Below, one piece after another: positions 49,357-56,388 of a stretch of 56,388 nucleotides of DNA; positions within the stretch are counted from its first letter, which is position 1; each line of letters starts with the position of its first letter. Origin of the DNA: Fistulifera solaris (lineage: Eukaryota); NCBI GenBank assembly GCA_030295235.1, contig AP026179.1:310001-366388 (forward strand). The letters run 5' to 3'. Position numbers and translations under genes: made by a program. A model generated the notes under the pieces. The model was not told the DNA's origin, searched no databases, and was given only the letters and a program-made list of their open reading frames with translations.

Positions 49357-50639
49357 ATGGATCGACAAATTGAAACAAGCGGAAACAGTTCATGGGGACC
49401 GAATTTAGCAAACAATCAAGGTACGCGGAAAGCATGTCACAGCTGCACGGATCCTATCTTTGGAAACTTTCTCTAACAAGCCTGTTTGAATCGCTGCAAC
49501 AAGGAGACTTTTCTTACAACCCTCATCAGAATTATTTACACAGCACCCACCTTGCGAGTCGAGAGGATCGTATTTCAGACAAAGACCAGCGCTATGGTAA
49601 GAGTATCCCTCGAGAAGCTGATTGCTCTTCAACGACGAACTTTAACACTAACAATCTTGTCAAAATTGACTTGAAGGCCGTGCCGAAAATGGCGACAACG
49701 TGTTCCCTTTAGTTAACCGACAGGGAAAGGTACTCATCGACCAACACGCACGTTGTAACACAACCCATTTTCGTCGAATTCCATATCCGCCATCTGTTGG
49801 TTGTTCTGAAAGCAAAGCCGAAGAGAGTTATTTGAAAGATTCGAGGGATGAGGTCCCCTTCGACAAGTATCGACGGATGCAGATTGACGAACAAGCAATG
49901 TACATGGAGCCCGGCCAGGGCCCTTCGAGCAATACCATTACTTCAGCAATCATCATCTTCAGCACGAAGGGAGCCACGTTAGCTATAATTATCACCACGG
50001 CATGAGTGTCCACCCGTACTGGCAGCAAGGCGACCAAGGATGCCTTGTTGCACCTCCGCAGTATCCACCCAACGCCCATCACGGTTTTGGAGACGATCAC
50101 GAACATTGCCAAGACTATCGGCATTTGATGAAAACAGCAATGACAGGAACCTCTGTTCCTCACTCTGCTCCGCTTTTCATGACTTGCGACCACGAAAGTC
50201 TTTCCGAATATCAATGCCTCATTCGTAAACAAATTGAACTATTCTGTGCCACGAGCTCAGACATAGAGTTGACTGTCCAAGGCCGAAACCGTCACATTGA
50301 AGCGGGACAAGTCGGCGTCCGCTGTCGCCACTGCGCCCATTTGCCGGTAAAGAAAAGAGCCCGCGGAGCCGTCTACTATCCATCAAAACTGAGCTGCATC
50401 TACCAAGCCGCTCAAAACATGGCAACAGTTCACCTAAGTAAGCACTGCACTCTTGTCCCTTCCTTCATTCGCGCGGAACTGCTGAAAAAGATCGCAAGTC
50501 TTCGGCTGGTAGCGGTAAGGAGTACTGGGCGGTAGGGGCGCGCACGCAAGGGGTTATTGAGCTCGATGGGAGGCTCTGGTTCGAACATAACGTTTTGGCC
50601 TCTTACAATCAACACGGATTCGGCCACTTTGGGCCTTGA
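49357..50639 (+). CDS. Uncharacterised CxxC..HxxxHC-domain protein, paralog 1
   Basis: C-terminal domain SLSEYQCLIRKQIELF..QGRNR..GQVGVRCRHC..YYPSKL..IYQAAQNM..HLSKHC. Upstream exons inferred from GT donors at 49421 and 49597 and are uncertain. Indels at ~49920 and ~50488. Confidence 0.65.
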
Positions 50640-51036
50640 GATGGTCGTTGTTTTGTAGGTTCAATCCAATAAGACAAAAGTAAAATGAATCGACGGTCTC
50701 GGTAATTTGTCCTTAGTAATGTAGTTCGTCGATTAATGCAGATTGCACATCCAATTGGCAGTTTCGTGAAGATAAATTCAGTCGATGATTCCGTGAGGTC
50801 TTCGAGACGCAAAACGGTTCGCAAGTTTCGAAACAAAAAGATCCAGGAGATCGTGTTTTAGATCTGTATCAACGTACTGGGTGACGCACTCGAATTCGCT
50901 ACTCTGATGCAAGGGCTTTGCGGATCTCACTGGATTTCGGAAGGTCATTCTTAAATCGGAAGCTTCACGCGAAAACCTATCCGCCATACACATACTTGCT
51001 TAACAGGGGAACACATAAACACATAAATCCACCAAC

Positions 51037-52496
51037 ATGAACCCATACCAAAAACGAGAAGATTGTTCCCTTGCCAAGGAGGCAAAACAGCAACTGGTTC
51101 ACCAGTCGCCGCTCAAGTATCCAGGAAATGCACCAGCTGGTGATCTTTACCAGCCGTGCAACACCGAGAAGGAAAGCATCCATTTGGTTGAAGACAAAGG
51201 TATGTACAAAAGCGGAAAGAGAGCGGGGTACACCTCTCTACCGGAATATCTAACGAAGTAGCGCTGATTTCATTACTCCTGTAGCAGCAATTCACGCACA
51301 AGATTCTTGGCATACCGAGGAAAGCAGGACTAAGATTATCAGTGGTTTTACCGCATTCGATAAGGCAGAAAGGAATCATGACGAAGGATGTGCAGGTAAG
51401 CTCAAAGCTTTTCGAGCGGTCAACGAGTACAGCCAGTTCATGCAAAGTCTCTCACAAAATTGCTTGCTTTCGTGTTGAAGGAAAGCGCCACAAATCGTGG
51501 CATCATGGGTCTAGCAACCCACCAGTCGAGGCATTTCCGGCTTTCTATGTAGGATCTTCCGTGCCGTATCCCGTTGATTTTCTCTACGCAGCGGACGAAC
51601 ACATGCCCGCGTTTTCCGCAGAGACAGAAGCTCCCGCCCACGCCGACATGGTTCACGGTAGTTATTCGTCGTTTCGCCTAGCCAATCGCCGATGGGGCGA
51701 CCAGTGTCACCACTATCATGGTCATCTAGCCACAAGTAGCTTTCCCGAGCTCCAGGTCCACTCATTTGCAGAAGACGGTCCGCTTTCTACTGGCTTTGAA
51801 GGAATCCATGACTACACGCAATGGATTTATCCCCCGCACACGCAACAATTTGCGTCAGTTACTCCCAATCCGTTCGCCAGCGAGTCAGATTCGATGCAAT
51901 ACGGAGTTGACAACCGATTCTTGTTACCGGCGTCGAATCATACGAGTACGCAGTACTTTCATTTTCAACAAGAGACCGAGGAAGCGGTTGCCGAAGTCGA
52001 AAGTCCCCCGAGAGACTTTACCGAGTCCAGAACAACGTCTCTGTACCTTGCCTGCGACGCCGATAGTCTTTCCGAGTATCAGTGCCTCATTCGCAAACAA
52101 ATTGAATTGTTTTCCGCGACGTACTCGGATATCGAGATGACCGTTCAAGGCCGCAACCGCAAGATTCACGCGGGACAAGTCGGAGTGCGCTGTCGTCACT
52201 GCGCTGATATTCCCATCAAGAAGAGAGCTCGCGGTGCTGTCTACTACCCATCGAAACTGAGCTGTATCTACCAAGCCGCTCAGAACATGTCGTCGGTTCA
52301 TCTAGTGAAGCATTGTACGCGCGTCCCGGCTTCCATTCGGGCCGAATTGATGAAGAAAGACCGTAAATCATCGGCAGGAAGCGGCAAGGAATATTGGGCC
52401 GTCGGAGCACGCTCGATGGGCATTATTGAAATTGACGGAAGACTCTGGTATGAAAGCGATGCGCCTGCGTCTTGGAACGATGCAGTTTCGATCTGA
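51037..52496 (+). CDS. Uncharacterised CxxC..HxxxHC-domain protein, paralog 2 (intact)
   Basis: Exons 51037-51199, 51285-51395 and 51481-52496, joined by two phase-1 GT-AG introns, give one open frame ending in the conserved domain. Confidence 0.8.
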
Positions 52497-52708
52497 GTAC
52501 TTTTCAAATCAAGAATGACGTTGTGACGACTTCAATCGTCTTTGATTCGAACTTTCTAGTTATCTTTATTTACTCATCATTTTATAACAATACGTTGTAA
52601 TACAAACAATAATGAAATGTTTTTCTCTTGTCGCGTCGTTGCTTGTTTCTTGTTTTGCTCGTTTATTCCTCGCTTGCGTTGTTTTACCAGTACAAGTTTT
52701 ACTTTCTA

Positions 52709-52726
52709 TAACCCTAACCCTAACCC
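52709..52726 (-). repeat. Interstitial telomeric repeat (TAACCC)3
   Basis: TAACCCTAACCCTAACCC on +, opposite in polarity to the terminal tract. Confidence 0.8.
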
Positions 52727-53188
52727 GGTCAAAACGAATGACTAACTAGTACTCCGGAGTAAACCGTAACGAATAACGACGGCGAGCAACGAAGGACGGA
52801 CGCCGGAATACGGAAAGCGAAAGTTCAAAAATGCACATGCCACAGAACCACAAGGACAATGACAGAATTTCCGTGCCCGCGTTCTACGCGAGCAATGGTA
52901 CTGAGAGCTGCGAGGTCGCTTAGTCATCTGCGAAGTCTTGGGAAGATTTTCGCACTTTTTAATCCACAAAAACTGTTCACCGTACGGTGTAAAGTCCTAT
53001 GTAATTCTTCAAACAGCAATTATGAATATACCTTTCCGAATGTCAGTTCCGAGTCACGTGTCACGTTCTCACATTTTTCGGCGTTTCGGCTTGTGCTTTT
53101 CGTCGCCCTTCGCATTTATTTTTGCAGCCCGCAAGCGCCGCCCCAGCGGCAGGCATGTGATGAACAAACATCTCCTTGAAGAGGAAGA

Positions 53189-54660
53189 ATGGAAGGTGAT
53201 TATTATGACAATGAAAAGAGTTTATCAAGAAGCTTCGACGACTCGGAGCAAAATGGAAAGCATTTGGATTCTCGAAAAAGGCAACGATTGGAAGCGCCGA
53301 CCTTTTCGGACCTCAAAGGATCGCCATTGAGTGTGAACATGCCAGCACACTCGGCATCAGCTAAAGGTACGCAATCTCGTGTTCTTGGATTAGAAAAAGA
53401 CATCATCACTGTAAGAAGACATCCGGCAACTGAAGCTTTCTTACTTTGCTGTTTGTTGTTTACAAAACTTTGGCTTCACAGATCGATCGGCGTTTCACAG
53501 CAATTGTTATTCCGACGACGTAGACGGCACCAGTCCGAGTCCATCCATTCACCAGCATCCATGCTACAACTATGACTACTCAGAAAGGCGCACAAGCGGT
53601 CGCTCTTATCCAGGTGAGGCGAAATTATTGATCGTCGATTACTCCATTCTATAAGATATCTCACCATCTGTGCATTGTTTTCTGTATCTTGCAAATTCAG
53701 TTCCTCCTTACAAGCAACAACCGTTTCCGCATTATGGCGAGCATCGTGCTCCCTATTCTCAACCACTCATCAGTTCCACGGATGAAATTGCTGGTATTGA
53801 GAGGCAGCCCTTTACCCTGACAATCCGCATCATTCAACGGGTCACTGCGCACCTGTCCAGTGGGATCCTTACAGCTATCATCACTATCAACATTTTCAAC
53901 ACAAGCAACAATCTTGGAGCAATCCCATTTCGAGATATCCTTCAAAGGGCGATTCCCATAAGAACGATGCAGGTCTGCATTCATCATTTCAATACCCCAC
54001 CAAAGACGAGCGACATCAGGATTTTCTGCAGCCCACAACTCCTCCTTATCCATACTACTTCAACAGTTACCCTGTATACTATCCACATCCACAAATTGCT
54101 TCCAGTTACGGGAAAGGATCGCCGCTGAACTCCTTTTATCCGGGCCCGGATGGAATGCCGACGCACTCGGAAGACATTCCCCCTCAACGGACCATGTCAC
54201 TTTACATGACATGCGACGAAGATCGTCTTTCCGAGTATCAGTGTCTGGCGAAAACAGATTGAAGTATTTTCAGCCACTTATTCCGATTTGAAGATGACAG
54301 TGCAAGGGCCTTAATCGTCAAGTCCTTCCGGGGCAAGTGGGAATCCGTTGTTGTTTTTGTTCGCATATTCCTGTCAAAAAAGCAAGCGGGCGTCAGTCTA
54401 CTACCCATCCAAACTCAATTGCATTTATCAAGCAGCACAAAACATGGCGTCCGTTCATTTGGCAAAGTATTGCTCATTCGTTCCGGAAGATATTCGGGCG
54501 AGTTGCTGCGACACATGAAAGACCGAAAGTCTTCCGGCTGGAGGCGGGAAGGAGTATTGGGCAGTGAGTGCTCGGTCCTTAGGGATAGAAGAATCGCGAT
54601 GGGCGACTCCGTTTAGCAACTGCAATTACTGACGATTCGTCACGGGCGACCCAGCGATGA
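53189..54660 (+). CDS. Uncharacterised CxxC..HxxxHC-domain protein, paralog 3 (multiple frameshifts; possible pseudogene)
   Basis: Domain visible across frames at 54195-54620 (LSEYQCL, KQIEVFSATYSDL..TVQG, GQVGIRCCFC, YPSKLNCIYQAAQNMASVHL). Probable intron donors at ~53411 and ~53613. Confidence 0.55.
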
Positions 54661-54792
54661 TACAGCAAATATTCAACTATATGAGATTGAATCCCTAGGC
54701 GGAAGCGATCCCCTACACAGGTAACGATTGAGAGCTAGTTGACTCAACATATAGTATTTGTGAAATCAATTACCAAATTAATCATCATAAAT

Positions 54793-56217
54793 TCAAATCA
54801 TCGTATGCGTGAAAGTCGTTCCTCTCTTACAAAGTAGTGGATTAGCAAAACGGTTTACATTATCTTTGCCGTCGTCCAAATGAAATGTACCCAGATCGAT
54901 CTTTGGTACCACAAAAACTGCGAAGACTACCGTAAATCCTTGTAAAGCAGCCTTTGATTTTTGACAGATATTCGATAAAAAAAGTAAGTCAATGCAATCA
55001 AAGTAGTATTCCGAGCTTTCTATTTCACTCACCTTGCCATACTGAAACACCTCTTGTCGTGCAGACTGAGCCAGTGGACCGATTTCTCCTCCGCATAAAA
55101 TCCCAGACAAGGAATATTTGGAAAAGCCTTTCGAAATCGCTTTGCATCTGCCATCTCCTCGCGTATTAAGTGGCTTGCTTCCGGTCCACGTCCATTGCAA
55201 CTAATCATGAGAGCCCCTAACAGCTTTTCATCTTTCAATGCATCTTGCAGTTGCTGCATTCGCAAATCCATATCATGTAAGCAAGCGTCTCCATCAATTT
55301 CAAATAAATCCATGTTCTTTCCTTGCAAGGACTCGCTTCCCAAAGATTCATCAAACAGTAAAAGAAGTCGACCATGCTCGAAAGTTGATGCACATTGCAT
55401 AATGTAAAGCCATCTCCATCCGAATCGCGAAGCCCCACCAGCGAAGCTCGACCAAACTGCCGCATCATTTCCATGTAAGTGTATACTTTTCCAGTAGATC
55501 GATCTTCAATACTCAATATCTGGTGATAAGGTGGTGCGGAGGAATCGGGAAATATGTATCCATCGTCGCCGAATGGTAAATACTGCGCTTCCTTGACCCA
55601 AAACGGCGTCTCGAAGCGTGGCGGGCCATTTAATGTCATACTGCGCATACCTCGTGACACCACTGATCGTACCGGCACATCTCCTCCCATCATAATACCA
55701 AATATCCCTTCTTCTACTGTCTCAACAATGTACTGATGTCCTTGTACCATGTGCACTAAGTTTGCAACCAGGTTCTGTTTTCCTCGACACCAATGGTCAC
55801 AGGGCAACCCAAGTTTTCATGATATCGTTCACTTCCGATTCGGACAAGTTGGCAAGGTCACCGGGCAGACTGCTGCTGGGAAGCGAGACAAAGCCACTGG
55901 TACAGACTCCGCCTACAATTGTTGATTGTGGGTATTTGTTTTGAATGAGAAGAATAGTCGATTCAAGTTTGGCGTAGCACAAATTTTCTCCACACGCAAA
56001 TATCATACACACTTTGCAGTCGAAGGAATTTGTGTCGTTGTCGTGTAAAATCTGATGGATGTTGCCTTGTTCACCACTCGTCAAAAGAAAAGGAAGTATT
56101 GTGACGTTGGGGAAGCTTCCCAACATGAGAGAATCATGGCTGCTGCACTCAACTTCAAAGGATACACAGCACTGAATACTTGCTGCCGTTACACCCAGTT
56201 GAATTGTATTGGTTGGC
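54793..56217 (-). pseudogene. FIST-domain gene, 5'-truncated by the telomere
   Basis: FIST motifs YPQSTIVGG, VVSRG, LMISCNGRG, FPNIPCLGFYA.GEIGP, LQGFTVVFAVF; intron 54952-55032. The frame (LPTNTIQLGVTAASIQ..) stays open up to the telomeric repeats with no upstream start or promoter. Confidence 0.7.
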
Positions 56218-56388
56218 AGGGTTAGGGTTAGGGTTAGGGTTAGGGTTAGGGTTAGGGTTAGGGTTAGGGTTAGGGTTAGGGTTAGGGTTAGGGTTAGGGT
56301 TAGGGTTAGGGTTAGGGTTAGGGTTAGGGTTAGGGTTAGGGTTAGGGTTAGGGTTAGGGTTAGGGTTAGGGTTAGGGTTAGGGTTAGG
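56218..56388 (+). repeat. Telomere (TTAGGG)n, about 28 copies
   Basis: Perfect TTAGGG repeats to the window end, G-rich strand 5'->3' toward the end, as expected for a chromosome terminus. Confidence 0.97.

Noticed and set aside
52700..52800. Telomerase RNA template
   Set aside because: Three full repeats exceed the usual ~1.5-repeat template, and I could not identify supporting structure or snRNA-type promoter elements.
1650..56217. Frameshifts in many genes read as programmed frameshifting or mass pseudogenisation
   Set aside because: They are mostly single-base indels in homopolymer runs and hit conserved genes (Sec7 GEF, ASPM, UBC) that show no accompanying nonsense decay. Long-read consensus error is the simplest explanation; short-read polishing would settle it.

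Overview
Eukaryotic, gene-dense DNA ending in a (TTAGGG)n telomere, i.e. the right end of a chromosome. Short GT-AG introns, a signal+F plastid-targeting motif and several family types point to a diatom/stramenopile; the species cannot be determined from the sequence. Recognisable genes: a PH + RelA/SpoT-like nucleotidyltransferase + TPR-like protein, a KDM5-type JmjC demethylase, an RluA pseudouridine synthase, ASPM, an LRR protein, a BIRC6/UBE2Z-type E2 with SUMO-interacting motifs, a BIG-type Sec7 ARF-GEF, three tandem CxxC..HxxxHC-domain paralogs, and a FIST-domain gene cut off by the telomere. The 14.8-30 kb interval is a nested duplication. It holds three paralogs of a membrane-anchored/secreted protein with a conserved N-terminus and hypervariable C-terminal domain, two copies of a Pro-rich membrane gene and two partial ASPM copies. 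There is also a hAT-type MITE with intact TIRs and TSD. Many conserved genes carry single-base indels, mostly in homopolymers. These are most likely uncorrected long-read errors, so gene models were rebuilt by eye and their boundaries are approximate.
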